A stretch of DNA of 53,764 bases from Bacteriovoracaceae bacterium (GTDB lineage: Bacteria; Bdellovibrionota; Bacteriovoracia; Bacteriovoracales; Bacteriovoracaceae), in assembly GCA_018649885.1 (NCBI GenBank), contig JABIHA010000041.1:1-53764 (forward strand). The letters are read 5' to 3'. Position 1 is the stretch's first letter. Each line of letters starts with the position of its first letter. A program made the translations under genes and the position numbers. Shown here one piece after another: positions 38,629-48,189 of the stretch. The notes beneath the pieces are model-generated. The model searched no databases and was not told the DNA's origin. It saw only the letters and a program-made list of their open reading frames with translations.

Positions 38629-40605
38629 CTAAGAAGTTTTAGAGATGGGTATTTGTACTATAAAAGTGGTATTGGACATTCTGTCGTCAATACAAAATCC
38701 CCCACCATGTTTTTCGATAATTGATTTAGAAATACTCAGACCTATTCCCGTGCCTTTCCCTACTTCTTTGGTAGTAAAAAATGGATTGAATATTTTATCA
38801 TGTAACTCCTGTGATATACCATTTCCACTATCAATCACTCTTAACTCAATAACCATTTTTCCCTCAACTGGCTTCTTAGTAAGTTCTAGTCGCACCCACT
38901 TTTCATCAAGATTTTCAATTGCATCATAAGCATTACCTAATAAATTAATCAAAACCTGAGAAAGCTGAACTCTTAAACAAGAAATCTTCTCATCTAGAGC
39001 AGGGTTCTCCCAATCTAGAATTAAATCGACACCAGCGATTTTAAATTTTTCTTGGCATAGGGCCAGCGAGTCATTTAAAAGTTCTTTAAAACTGCAATCA
39101 GAATACTCTTCACTTGCCTCATCTCTAGAAATAACTCTAAGGCCATTCACAATTTTAGTAATCCTGAGCACAGTCAAATCTATTTTTTCTAGATAGGAAA
39201 AAACTAATTCTTTAGACAACTTCCCTTTTTCAATATTTTTTCGAAGTACTTTTGATGTTGTCACAATAATGGTGATTGGATTGTTAATTTCATGGGCCAT
39301 CCCACCAGCCATCACCCCCAGGGCCTTCATTTTAGAGGAGTAAATGAGCTGTTGTTTAGTATTTTCTACTTCTATTATTTTTTCTGATAATTTCACATTT
39401 TTTTCTTCTAGCTGATTGTGCATTTGTAAAAGATTAGTTGTCATAAAATCAAATGTTTTTTCCAATACCTTAACTTCATTTAGATTTTTAGTTTCCTCTG
39501 CGCTCCAAACTTTATTATTTGAAATATGAAGTGCTTTTCCTGTTAATTGTTGTAGTGGCTTAAAGATAATCTGTGAGATTTTCCTTGATAGAAAAATAAT
39601 GAGAATTACTGTAAATAGAGTGATAATGAACAATGTGCTCTTTAGCTTACCTATGGGAGCATAAGCTTCATTTTGATCAATTTTGGCCACGACTCCCCAT
39701 CTTAAAAGAGGAATATAACTCCAAACTGCTATTGTCTCTTCCGCTCTATAATCAAAAGACTTACCACTTCCACTATTACCACGAACAGCTTCCTGAGTGG
39801 GAAAAGCATAATCAGCACCCAGTTTCACACTTTTTCCCAAACTAGGAGCGGAATCATGTCTTAAAGGATTTATAAAAACTGCTTTTTCTCCCTCCCTAGC
39901 ACCAATTAATGTCTCCCCAGTGTCTTTTAAACCTGTTCTATCATTAATCATGTTAATGGTTCCGGACATATCAATCTCTAATACAATGACTCCAATTTGC
40001 AGACCATTAAATCCTTGAACAGGAGCGGAGATATACATCTGTGGCATCTGGTGGTGGTGAATATTTTTTACCACTTGGGAAATATAAATTCCTTTTCTGC
40101 CCTCTAGAAATACAGAACTAATATTTTCGGGGAGTCTTTCGCCCAGGTGTTTTTGATGTAACTTTTGTGCTGTATATACAATTTGCCCTTCCCCATCAAG
40201 TAGCATCAAATCATGATATTTATAGCTCTTCACAAATGTTTTGAGCTGATTATCGAGCATTGTTTTTGCTTTTATATATGAGCTCGATTGCTTGTCCCTG
40301 AGATTTCGCCCCAAAATGGGTAAATTGGTTTTAATATTATAATACTCACTGGCAACCCTAATATCAGAGATTCGCTCTCCAAAATGTGATTCAATTTTCC
40401 TTACAATTAGTTTTGAAATACTCTTTAATGAGTCGAGACTATTTCTTTCTATTTCAATTTTTGCCATTTCTATCACTATAAAAGAGAAAAAAAGAATTGG
40501 AACTAAAGAAGCCAGTAAGAAAACTATTGTTGATTTTGAACGCAAGGAAGGATCAATAATTCGGTCACGAAGTTTTAAATATTTTTTAATTTTCTTATAT
40601 TTCAT
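38629..40605 (-). CDS. Membrane sensor histidine kinase (Cache-HAMP-HisKA-HATPase)
   Basis: Two TMs flanking a periplasmic domain; HEINNP, QVLINLLGNA, DSGNGI, PFFTTK, GTGIGL motifs. Confidence 0.95.
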   Translation of the reverse strand: MKYKKIKKYLKLRDRIIDPSLRSKSTIVFLLASLVPILFFSFIVIEMAKIEIERNSLDSLKSISKLIVRKIESHFGERISDIRVASEYYNIKTNLPILGRNLRDKQSSSYIKAKTMLDNQLKTFVKSYKYHDLMLLDGEGQIVYTAQKLHQKHLGERLPENISSVFLEGRKGIYISQVVKNIHHHQMPQMYISAPVQGFNGLQIGVIVLEIDMSGTINMINDRTGLKDTGETLIGAREGEKAVFINPLRHDSAPSLGKSVKLGADYAFPTQEAVRGNSGSGKSFDYRAEETIAVWSYIPLLRWGVVAKIDQNEAYAPIGKLKSTLFIITLFTVILIIFLSRKISQIIFKPLQQLTGKALHISNNKVWSAEETKNLNEVKVLEKTFDFMTTNLLQMHNQLEEKNVKLSEKIIEVENTKQQLIYSSKMKALGVMAGGMAHEINNPITIIVTTSKVLRKNIEKGKLSKELVFSYLEKIDLTVLRITKIVNGLRVISRDEASEEYSDCSFKELLNDSLALCQEKFKIAGVDLILDWENPALDEKISCLRVQLSQVLINLLGNAYDAIENLDEKWVRLELTKKPVEGKMVIELRVIDSGNGISQELHDKIFNPFFTTKEVGKGTGIGLSISKSIIEKHGGGFCIDDRMSNTTFIVQIPISKTS

Positions 40606-40869
40606 TTAGATACAAACTTCCCTTCGTTAGTACAGTTGCTTAGATTGAGTTAATAACTAAGACATACTGACTTTTCGAACGCTTTTGTATTATTGGTAAA
40701 TTTAAATAGCTGAATTTTACTTAAGACAACGCTGATTTTTCTTTGCTTTTTTAAATCGTAAACTAAGATATTTTTGAATGATACGTCACGAATTCCAACC
40801 TAGATTATGTTAGGAAGAGATGCAGAAAAGGTGTTTAGAGATAGGCCAATTCCATAAATATCATTTAGT

Positions 40870-41577
40870 TTATTTAAATTTAGCAATAAGGGATAGTGTA
40901 TAGTGATAGTCATGCATTCCTTTGCCGGGAACAGGAAAATTATCATACTTCCAAAGATAGGCCGTTTTCATGGAAAAAATAGATGTTAGAGTTACTATAA
41001 TTGAGGGTTCAAAGTTTATTTGATAGTCCTTAGACTCAGAAAAATTCGGCAAATATTCAATCCACAACTTCCCCGATAAATCACTCTTAAAAGATTTGTG
41101 ACCTTCTAGATAGACTCTCCCCTTGCTGTACTTCTTTTTGGCCACTGTACTCACTGTATTTTTTTCGACAGAGTATCTATAACCGAGTTCAGTAAGCACA
41201 TGATGGGCTTCAGATTTAGAAAGTGCGACTTTCATTCCAATATCCGTATTGTACCTTCTTTTTAATCCTGAATAGCGATCAGATTCGGCCATCTCTCCAA
41301 AAAAGACTGATAGATCTGAGGTTAAGGAAAAGTCATAACGTAAACCCACATTCCAGTTTTCCACAATCCGCACTTTTTCAGATTCACCGTAATTATAACC
41401 ACCACTGAGGGCCAATAGGTTTTGATGATATTGGTAGCTGTTTTGTGAAGCAAAATTGTATGTTTTTAGATCAGTATTACCACCCGTCAAGTTCACACTT
41501 GCACTATCTTCTGTTTGAAACTGGGCCTGCACGCTTGTGGAAACAAAAATTGCAAACACAATACCAATTATATTCAT
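40870..41577 (-). CDS. DUF481/YdiY-like outer-membrane protein
   Basis: Signal peptide, GGNTD motif, beta-strand pattern, C-terminal F. Confidence 0.8.
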   Translation of the reverse strand: MNIIGIVFAIFVSTSVQAQFQTEDSASVNLTGGNTDLKTYNFASQNSYQYHQNLLALSGGYNYGESEKVRIVENWNVGLRYDFSLTSDLSVFFGEMAESDRYSGLKRRYNTDIGMKVALSKSEAHHVLTELGYRYSVEKNTVSTVAKKKYSKGRVYLEGHKSFKSDLSGKLWIEYLPNFSESKDYQINFEPSIIVTLTSIFSMKTAYLWKYDNFPVPGKGMHDYHYTLSLIAKFK

Positions 41578-41686
41578 ATTTTCACCTAATAAAAAAATAA
41601 CACCTATAAAATATATTTCATAATCTACCCATTAGGCAACGCCCAAAAGTGTAGACGTTCCATTACAGTTTCATTACAGTAAAGCC

Positions 41687-42841
41687 ATGGTCATGAAACC
41701 CTACGAAAAAAGAGCTTACTCCTTTCTTTTAGTTCTCACGGTATTCTCAACTATTGTTTTCCAGCTGTGGAGAACACTTTTTAATAACTTTGGCGTCGAA
41801 GCTATTAAGCTCACCAGTGATGCGGTTGGACTAATCCAGGCCGTCAGAGAAATTCCCGGTTTTCTATCCTTTTTAGTAATATATATAGCTTTGTTGATCA
41901 AAGAAAAATGGCTCGCTCTGATATCCGCGCTTGTACTTTGCCTTGGTGTTGCTGTCACGGGCTACTTTCCTAGTAAGTTAGGTTTACTGGGAACTACTCT
42001 TTTAATGTCCATCGGTTTTCACTTCTATGAAACCATAAATCAATCTCTTTCAATGCAGTATTTTTCAATTGAAAACTTCACCACGGCCACAGCAAATTTA
42101 CGAAGGTTTGGGGCCCTAGCAGCAATTGTCACAGGAATTTGCATCTCAGCTTTAACAAGGTTTTTAGAATTTAAAGAGCTCTACCTACTTTTTGGATTGA
42201 TTGGCTCTGCTGGAATTTTTATTTCTCTCATTTTTTTGCCAGATGAAGACCAGGCCCCAATCCAAAGAAAGGGATTAGTACTTAAAAAAAAATATTGGAC
42301 TTACTACGCCCTGGTTTTTCTGAATGGTGCCAGAAGACAAATATTTACCGTCTTTGCCCTTTTTTTGCTGGTTAAAAGACACCAAATATCAGCAAGGGCA
42401 GTATCACTGCTATTTGTTCTCAATAATGTGGTCAATTTTTTTATTTATCCATATGTTGCAAAGCTCATTAATAAATGGGGCGAAAAACTCACACTCAAAA
42501 TTGAGTATTCTTCGCTTATCATTATTTTCCTTATGTATGCACTACTCGATCATCCTGTAATGGCCTTGGTTTTGTATATTCTCGATAACTTCTTTTACGC
42601 TTTTACCATGGCTACAAGAAGCTATTTTCAAAAGATTGCCGCCCCTGAGGACTTGGCCCCTACTGCTGGGGTTAGTTTTACAATAAATCATATTGCTGCT
42701 GTAGTGGTTCCCTTCGTCGGGGGTCTTCTATGGTTAATAGACTGGAGGATCCCATTTCTATTGGCCTCCACTTTTACCGTTGCTTCCTTCTATCTCACCA
42801 GGTTCGTCATAATAGACGCCACAAACCAGCGTTTACAATAG
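41687..42841 (+). CDS. MFS transporter
   Basis: About 12 TM segments; REIPGFL, GFHFYET, GARRQIF, FTINHIAAV motifs. Confidence 0.9.
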   Translation: MVMKPYEKRAYSFLLVLTVFSTIVFQLWRTLFNNFGVEAIKLTSDAVGLIQAVREIPGFLSFLVIYIALLIKEKWLALISALVLCLGVAVTGYFPSKLGLLGTTLLMSIGFHFYETINQSLSMQYFSIENFTTATANLRRFGALAAIVTGICISALTRFLEFKELYLLFGLIGSAGIFISLIFLPDEDQAPIQRKGLVLKKKYWTYYALVFLNGARRQIFTVFALFLLVKRHQISARAVSLLFVLNNVVNFFIYPYVAKLINKWGEKLTLKIEYSSLIIIFLMYALLDHPVMALVLYILDNFFYAFTMATRSYFQKIAAPEDLAPTAGVSFTINHIAAVVVPFVGGLLWLIDWRIPFLLASTFTVASFYLTRFVIIDATNQRLQ

Positions 42842-43036
42842 TCTGAGATAGCTCATACTTTAAATTGAGCAAATAAAAAATCTCTTTAAAAGCTCTAAAA
42901 TTAATGAATATAGACCTATGAATTCAAGTCATTTTTACACAGTTTAGGGAAACTTATCGTCTATATGCATAGGACGGGAGTAAAATTACTTAAGAAAACA
43001 ATTGGCATATAATTTTGCCCCTAAGGAGGTTAGAAG

Positions 43037-44116
43037 ATGAAAGTCTTCACACTAAGTGCCCTTTTCATTAGTATCTTATTTCCAGTTTGCCATCTTCAAG
43101 CGGCCAATGACAAGGCTGAAAAATGTGGTAATCCATCAGAGGCCGCCTGCGATGAAGTTAGGACTCTTGATGGACATCAGTGGAATCTGATAAACAGATC
43201 TAATACTGGTGATGAGTTTTGGGAAGACCAAACGCCAAATGAAAGTGGTGAAAAACTCATTTGGGGAGAAAGGGCCAGCACAGTTGTTTTCTTTGATCAG
43301 GCCAATGACAATTGCAATACAGTGATTAGTTACGACGACGAAAGTGGTGGATCTCACCAATTAGACCAGAGATTGCCCACTGCAGGTGATTTTAAAACAG
43401 CAGTTAAACACAGTATCCAAAAAGCTCTCACAGATATGGTTGACTACGACTACTGGACTAGCACTCCAGCTCCTGAAGGATATGGTCCAACTATGACTAT
43501 GCTCTTTCTTGGAAACCCTCAGCCAGCTACGGAAAAGCCAGGGTACTCCTACCAATACTGGAAAAAAGGTCATAATCCGCATTCTCAAAGATGTATCGTA
43601 AAAAAGCCTTATCCAGCGGCCTATCCGAGAGAGAAGATTGCTCACGGAATTCGCTTTAACCATAAAAAACATATACCAGCTACAAGTGGCAATTGCACTG
43701 CCTGTCACAATGATCAATCAAATGTCGCCTTTATTCCCGATAGGAAAACTTGTAGTAACTGTCACGATGTTGAGACCTCTGATTGTATGATGTGTCACAC
43801 CGACTATGATTTTTATAATCCAGTGAGAACAAAGGCCACTGTAAGCGATGTCCAGAAAAGCTTTCTTGATCGTTTTAAAGGAATTCACTTCGATTCTTTC
43901 TCTGAAGATATGCCGGCGATGATTCCCAACCCTCACGACCTGAGTCAAGCGGGGAGCGATAAGGTTTCTTGCAAGTCTTGCCATATAAAAATAGAAGCCA
44001 GTACCAGGGCTTCTGATAATAATCTTCCGGGCCAAAGGCATATGAGCTTTCGGAATATATCAAAGCATGTGGACAATAAGACTAGCTGTAAGTCTTGCCA
44101 TCAGGTAAGCCCTTAA
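43037..44116 (+). CDS. Secreted DUF1566/Lcl-like domain fused to a pentaheme c-type cytochrome
   Basis: Signal peptide; WED..LIW..C..RLPT..YWTST; FNHKKH plus 5 CXXCH. Confidence 0.85.
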   Translation: MKVFTLSALFISILFPVCHLQAANDKAEKCGNPSEAACDEVRTLDGHQWNLINRSNTGDEFWEDQTPNESGEKLIWGERASTVVFFDQANDNCNTVISYDDESGGSHQLDQRLPTAGDFKTAVKHSIQKALTDMVDYDYWTSTPAPEGYGPTMTMLFLGNPQPATEKPGYSYQYWKKGHNPHSQRCIVKKPYPAAYPREKIAHGIRFNHKKHIPATSGNCTACHNDQSNVAFIPDRKTCSNCHDVETSDCMMCHTDYDFYNPVRTKATVSDVQKSFLDRFKGIHFDSFSEDMPAMIPNPHDLSQAGSDKVSCKSCHIKIEASTRASDNNLPGQRHMSFRNISKHVDNKTSCKSCHQVSP

Positions 44117-44156
44117 GTAGTTGCTGTTGAAACTCTTTTCATAACTTAATCTAATG

Positions 44157-44195
44157 AGAGCTCATTACTCTAAGTAAAGAGCTCTTTATTTTTTT
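44157..44195 (+). terminator. Intrinsic terminator after the pentaheme gene
   Basis: AGAGCTCATTACT/AGTAAAGAGCTCT stem followed by a T-run. Confidence 0.65.
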
Positions 44196-44358
44196 GTACA
44201 ATCCATTCAACATTTTTTTGAAAATAGTTCAGCCTTAATTTAAGACACTTTCCAAAGTGCAAAAGATTGTTTTATGAACTGCTGCAGATCATATATTTAT
44301 TTTTTACTTGAGATATGTTATCTGCATAAATAGTTTAGCTTATATCAACGAGGAGTTA

Positions 44359-44691
44359 ATGATGAAAGCAACAGTAGCATTGGCAGTTTTTTTACTTTTT
44401 GGACTACAGTCAGCCTTTGCGAGCTTCGGGTACTTTAAAGCATTCGATGCCCAGTATCCAAATAATAGTCTTAAGAGGTGTGATACTTGTCATATAGTAC
44501 CAGGACCCGGCGTAGATAATTTAACCTTATACGGAAAATCTATGTGGGAATTTAGAGATCTCGCCACTGCTAAAGAAATGCTTGAGGCGATCGAGTTAGT
44601 TGATTCTGACGAAGACGGATTTCTTAATAAAGCAGAAATTGAGGCTGAGACTAACCCGTCTGACAAGGCAGACTTTCCAGCAGAGCAGTAG
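44359..44691 (+). CDS. Monoheme cytochrome c with DxDxDG Ca-binding motif
   Basis: GAGGAG RBS, signal peptide, CDTCH, DSDEDGFLN..EI...TNP. Confidence 0.85.
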   Translation: MMKATVALAVFLLFGLQSAFASFGYFKAFDAQYPNNSLKRCDTCHIVPGPGVDNLTLYGKSMWEFRDLATAKEMLEAIELVDSDEDGFLNKAEIEAETNPSDKADFPAEQ

Positions 44692-44826
44692 CCTCAGAGC
44701 AGTCGAAAAGGCGCAGGCACTACGATCATTAAGTACAGCTTAAGCCCCTAAGTGGCCCGATCGAGAAGATGCCTACGCCTTTTGTCTTTTTGCTGAGACA
44801 AAAATCTTGAAACACATGGGGGAACC

Positions 44827-45432
44827 ATGAAGAAGCTTATACTAACATTCATTACATCAACACTTCTTTTGGTGGCTGGAGACTCTTTTGCTATTGCTGA
44901 ATATCTCCCAGGCTTTATTTCTATCTATCCAAAGACTGTGGACACACCACTAAATGACTGTACTATTTGCCATCGCAGTGGCAGAGGTGGCCTTCTCAAT
45001 TCCTATGGGCTTGAATTCGTCATGAACGAATACAATTTTAAAAACATAGAAAGCCAAGATTCTGATGGTGATGGAGTGGTAAATATCGACGAGATTATTG
45101 CTCTTACCCACCCCGCGGATGGACCAAATGATCAAATAAAGGCCTTTATATTTGATAAAAAAGGATATATGGGAAAAGTGCGATTTGATCACACTGCTCA
45201 TCAATATAAAGGCCAATACATGTCGGGTGGAAACTGCGCAAGCTGTCACCAAAATGGTGATTTTTCCAAGTTCATCAGCTTTACCACAAATGGTGATGAT
45301 AGAAAGGCAAAGGCCCATGGTCTTTGTTATGGATGTCACACTGAGGCCAATGGTTATGGCAATACCAATGCTCCGATGGTTTGTGACCAATGTCACAAAG
45401 CCGATGACGGTGGAGTTTGGAGCGAGCCTTAA
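44827..45432 (+). CDS. Tetraheme cytochrome: monoheme/DxDxDG domain fused to a c7 (PpcA-like) triheme domain
   Basis: CTICH and DSDGDG, then VRFDHTAH, CASCH, AHGLCYGCH, PMVCDQCH. Confidence 0.88.
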   Translation: MKKLILTFITSTLLLVAGDSFAIAEYLPGFISIYPKTVDTPLNDCTICHRSGRGGLLNSYGLEFVMNEYNFKNIESQDSDGDGVVNIDEIIALTHPADGPNDQIKAFIFDKKGYMGKVRFDHTAHQYKGQYMSGGNCASCHQNGDFSKFISFTTNGDDRKAKAHGLCYGCHTEANGYGNTNAPMVCDQCHKADDGGVWSEP

Positions 45433-45449
45433 AAATAGTTTCATTGAAA

Positions 45450-45477
45450 TATTGTGGCGGTTCGCGTCGCCACAATA
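45450..45477 (+). other. Intergenic stem-loop (terminator or mRNA stabiliser)
   Basis: TATTGTGGCGG-ttcgcg-TCGCCACAATA. Confidence 0.55.
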
Positions 45478-45580
45478 AGTAATCTGGCTACTTCAGTCAT
45501 GTACAAGCCATCCATTTAGTCATAATATTTTACGGCTCCATTTCATGGATACGATCAGTTAGGGAAATACAGGGAAGAAG

Positions 45581-46795
45581 ATGCTCTCTTTTCTATTCTT
45601 TTTGGGTTTACTATTACCCCAAGACCTCCAGGCGTTAGTCTCCTTTGAGTCTCGCCTGACAAGTGGTTATTACCGTGACTCCATTAAGAAAAACCATCTC
45701 ACTCTCAACTACAATTGGCGTTTTAACTACACCCATCAAAGCGGTGTAGAAACTTTTATCGACTTTGGGGTTAACAATAACTTTGTCCAAGATGAGTGGG
45801 GACTCTACCCCTACCAAGCCTATGTTTCGATTCCACTAGCTGAGGCCTTTGAAAAAACACCATTTCACATTCCAAGGGTTCAAGTGGGTCGTCAACTGCT
45901 GACCGATGGATTTGAATTTGCGCTAATTGACGGAGCTGTAATGCCCTATTACTTCTCTCCCCGCCTATACGCAAAGCTCTTTGCAGGAGCACTTCATATC
46001 CCCGAGGACACTCCTGAAAATAGTTTTAATGACCAGCTCTACGGCGGAAGTTTGAGCTACAGATTGAGCGGGGCCATCTTAAAAGGCGGCGGCATATTTA
46101 AACAAAACCAAAGTGCTGAACGCTACTTAAGTTATTTCACTATCTATAAAAACTTTGAAGCTCTTCCTCTAACTCCTGGAATCCTGATAAAAGAGCAATT
46201 CGATGTCAAAGAGAAATCACACGACCAGTCACTGATCGAACTTCGCGCTCACCTAGCAAAAATCAGCGGGACACTTTTCCACTCCTCTAGAAGAGTAGAC
46301 CCCCTACTTTCACAAAAAAAACGTTTGATTTACCAGCTATTCGCTGTAGACAAGCAAAAGAGCTTTGGCACCACAGGTACCTGGGATATTCATGAAATGC
46401 TTCAAATCGAGGGACGATTTGAAAGAGTCGAATACCACTCGAGAGTGAGAAAAGAAATTGGTGATCAAGGAACAGGATCTCTGATTATCGGAAACAATAA
46501 TTACTCTATTTCTCCTTTTCTTACCAGGCTATCTTCCTATGGCGGGTACTTCTGGGATTATGGACTCAGCTCTAAAATTAGATTAAAACGAGAGCTAAGC
46601 CTTGAGCTTGAAAGTAACACTATTAAATATAAAAAGATTAACGGGATGTCTGGCTTTGCTTATCACGCATTGGCCGGCATAAGTTTAGTTTTTCCACCCA
46701 ATTGGCAGGCCAAAGCATTAATTGAGCTGGAAAGAAATCACTTGTACAAACTTGATTCGAGGGCACTATTTCATGTCTCGCATTTTTATTTCTAA
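45581..46795 (+). CDS. Putative outer-membrane beta-barrel porin of the cytochrome cluster
   Basis: Signal peptide, no Cys, amphipathic strands, RVQVGRQ..IDGA motif, C-terminal HFYF. Confidence 0.75.
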   Translation: MLSFLFFLGLLLPQDLQALVSFESRLTSGYYRDSIKKNHLTLNYNWRFNYTHQSGVETFIDFGVNNNFVQDEWGLYPYQAYVSIPLAEAFEKTPFHIPRVQVGRQLLTDGFEFALIDGAVMPYYFSPRLYAKLFAGALHIPEDTPENSFNDQLYGGSLSYRLSGAILKGGGIFKQNQSAERYLSYFTIYKNFEALPLTPGILIKEQFDVKEKSHDQSLIELRAHLAKISGTLFHSSRRVDPLLSQKKRLIYQLFAVDKQKSFGTTGTWDIHEMLQIEGRFERVEYHSRVRKEIGDQGTGSLIIGNNNYSISPFLTRLSSYGGYFWDYGLSSKIRLKRELSLELESNTIKYKKINGMSGFAYHALAGISLVFPPNWQAKALIELERNHLYKLDSRALFHVSHFYF

Positions 46796-47378
46796 GCAAC
46801 TAGTATTGCTTACAATATGTTTAAATCTATTTCCCATCTCCTTATACGCTGAGAAGGGAAAGCCTGCACTTATTAAAGAGCTATCGATCCTCTTTTCTCA
46901 TAAAAAACATGCTGAATCATTTAGTGACATGAAAATTTCTTGCAAAGATTGTCACAATTTCTCTATAAAACCCAGTGAGAAAGGTCCTCTGGGAGAGCTT
47001 ATTGAAGAGTCGGCCCTAAAACCGGCCAGGCAAATTTGTCACCAATGCCATCAGGGAAAAGTTATGGTCCCGACTCCCAACCGCTGTACACTTTGCCATC
47101 TGCCTTCAAAAGATTTGAAGCCTAATGATCATTTTATTAGTTGGAAAAATCGCCACGGCCAAATGGCCCAAATGGATAGTGACTCTTGCAAGAAATGCCA
47201 CTCCAAAAATGATTGCTCAGATTGCCACCTTCAAAGAAATGGCCATAGCGTTCGAGTCCACCGTGGTGGGTTTCGCTTCACCCACTCTATGGAAGCAAGG
47301 CTTAACCCCAATAAATGTACAACCTGTCACCAATCCACTGGCTTTTGCCTTGATTGCCATATGGGGAAGAACAGATGA
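46773..47378 (+). CDS. Periplasmic heptaheme cytochrome c (c3-like N-terminus)
   Basis: Signal peptide, FSHKKH, 7 CXXCH. Confidence 0.92.
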   Translation: MSRIFISKQLVLLTICLNLFPISLYAEKGKPALIKELSILFSHKKHAESFSDMKISCKDCHNFSIKPSEKGPLGELIEESALKPARQICHQCHQGKVMVPTPNRCTLCHLPSKDLKPNDHFISWKNRHGQMAQMDSDSCKKCHSKNDCSDCHLQRNGHSVRVHRGGFRFTHSMEARLNPNKCTTCHQSTGFCLDCHMGKNR

Positions 47379-47668
47379 AGCTTAGAAACCTCATTTTATA
47401 TTTTAGTTTGATAATAGTTGTTTCTTGTAATGATGAACCAAAGGGTGAGAATTATCAGCTTAAAAGCAGCGATGATTTAATTTTAACAGCAGATAATCAT
47501 CCCCATGGATTTACTTATCAAAATTGCTTTTACTGTCACGTAAAGGCCAATATTCACCAAGAAGATCGCTTGGGTACTAATCTTTTAGAACTGGCCCGTG
47601 AGCTGACGGCCGTACAGGGTTTGGGATCATGCCAAATGTGTCACGGGGTTAATGGTGTGAGTCCATGA
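47375..47668 (+). CDS. Diheme cytochrome c lipoprotein
   Basis: Lipobox VVSC; CFYCH and CQMCH; ATGA coupling. Confidence 0.88.
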   Translation: MKLRNLILYFSLIIVVSCNDEPKGENYQLKSSDDLILTADNHPHGFTYQNCFYCHVKANIHQEDRLGTNLLELARELTAVQGLGSCQMCHGVNGVSP

Positions 47669-48189
47669 AGTTAATTTTTTTAATCCTCCTCATTTTTCCT
47701 TTGGCCCTAGGTGCAAAAACCGCAAAAAAATTTCAACTTGTAAGGTTGGACCCCCATGGAGAACTAGGTGTGGCCCTATCGACTTCTAGGCTTAACTCAA
47801 ATAGTGAATGCATGGTCTGTCACATCAGCTCAGACTCAACTACAAAGGCCAGTGCAATATATTCCAATATCTCTATCCGCTGCACGGCCTGCCACAATAA
47901 GTCCCCTCACAGTGGGCTCAAAGAACATTTGGGACGTGAGCTATCAAATCTCAAATTGGGACTCAAAGGAAAAATTGACTGCATAAGCTGTCATCGTTCC
48001 CACAGGGAGAAAACTGCAAGTGACAAAAAACTTTTGGGGAAAAACCTAGACTCACCCAAAGGGGCTTCATTTATTTACACAAAAAAAGAGCCTATCGCTT
48101 TGAAAAAGGGTAAAATAGCCAGAAGAAGTAGATTTCCAATGTTAAAAAGGACTTGTGTAAATTGTCACACAAATCACGGATACCAATAG
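47665..48189 (+). CDS. Tetraheme cytochrome c
   Basis: Signal peptide; CMVCH, CTACH, CISCH, CVNCH. Confidence 0.9.
   Translation: MKLIFLILLIFPLALGAKTAKKFQLVRLDPHGELGVALSTSRLNSNSECMVCHISSDSTTKASAIYSNISIRCTACHNKSPHSGLKEHLGRELSNLKLGLKGKIDCISCHRSHREKTASDKKLLGKNLDSPKGASFIYTKKEPIALKKGKIARRSRFPMLKRTCVNCHTNHGYQ

Noticed and set aside
38629..40605. Orphan histidine kinase as regulator of the cytochrome cluster
   Set aside because: Two unrelated genes separate them and no cognate response regulator or binding site is evident; proximity alone is insufficient.
43002..43018. Sigma54-like TTGGCA...TTGC upstream of the cytochrome cluster
   Set aside because: GG-to-GC spacing is 11 nt rather than the strict 10, and it lies too close to the RBS.
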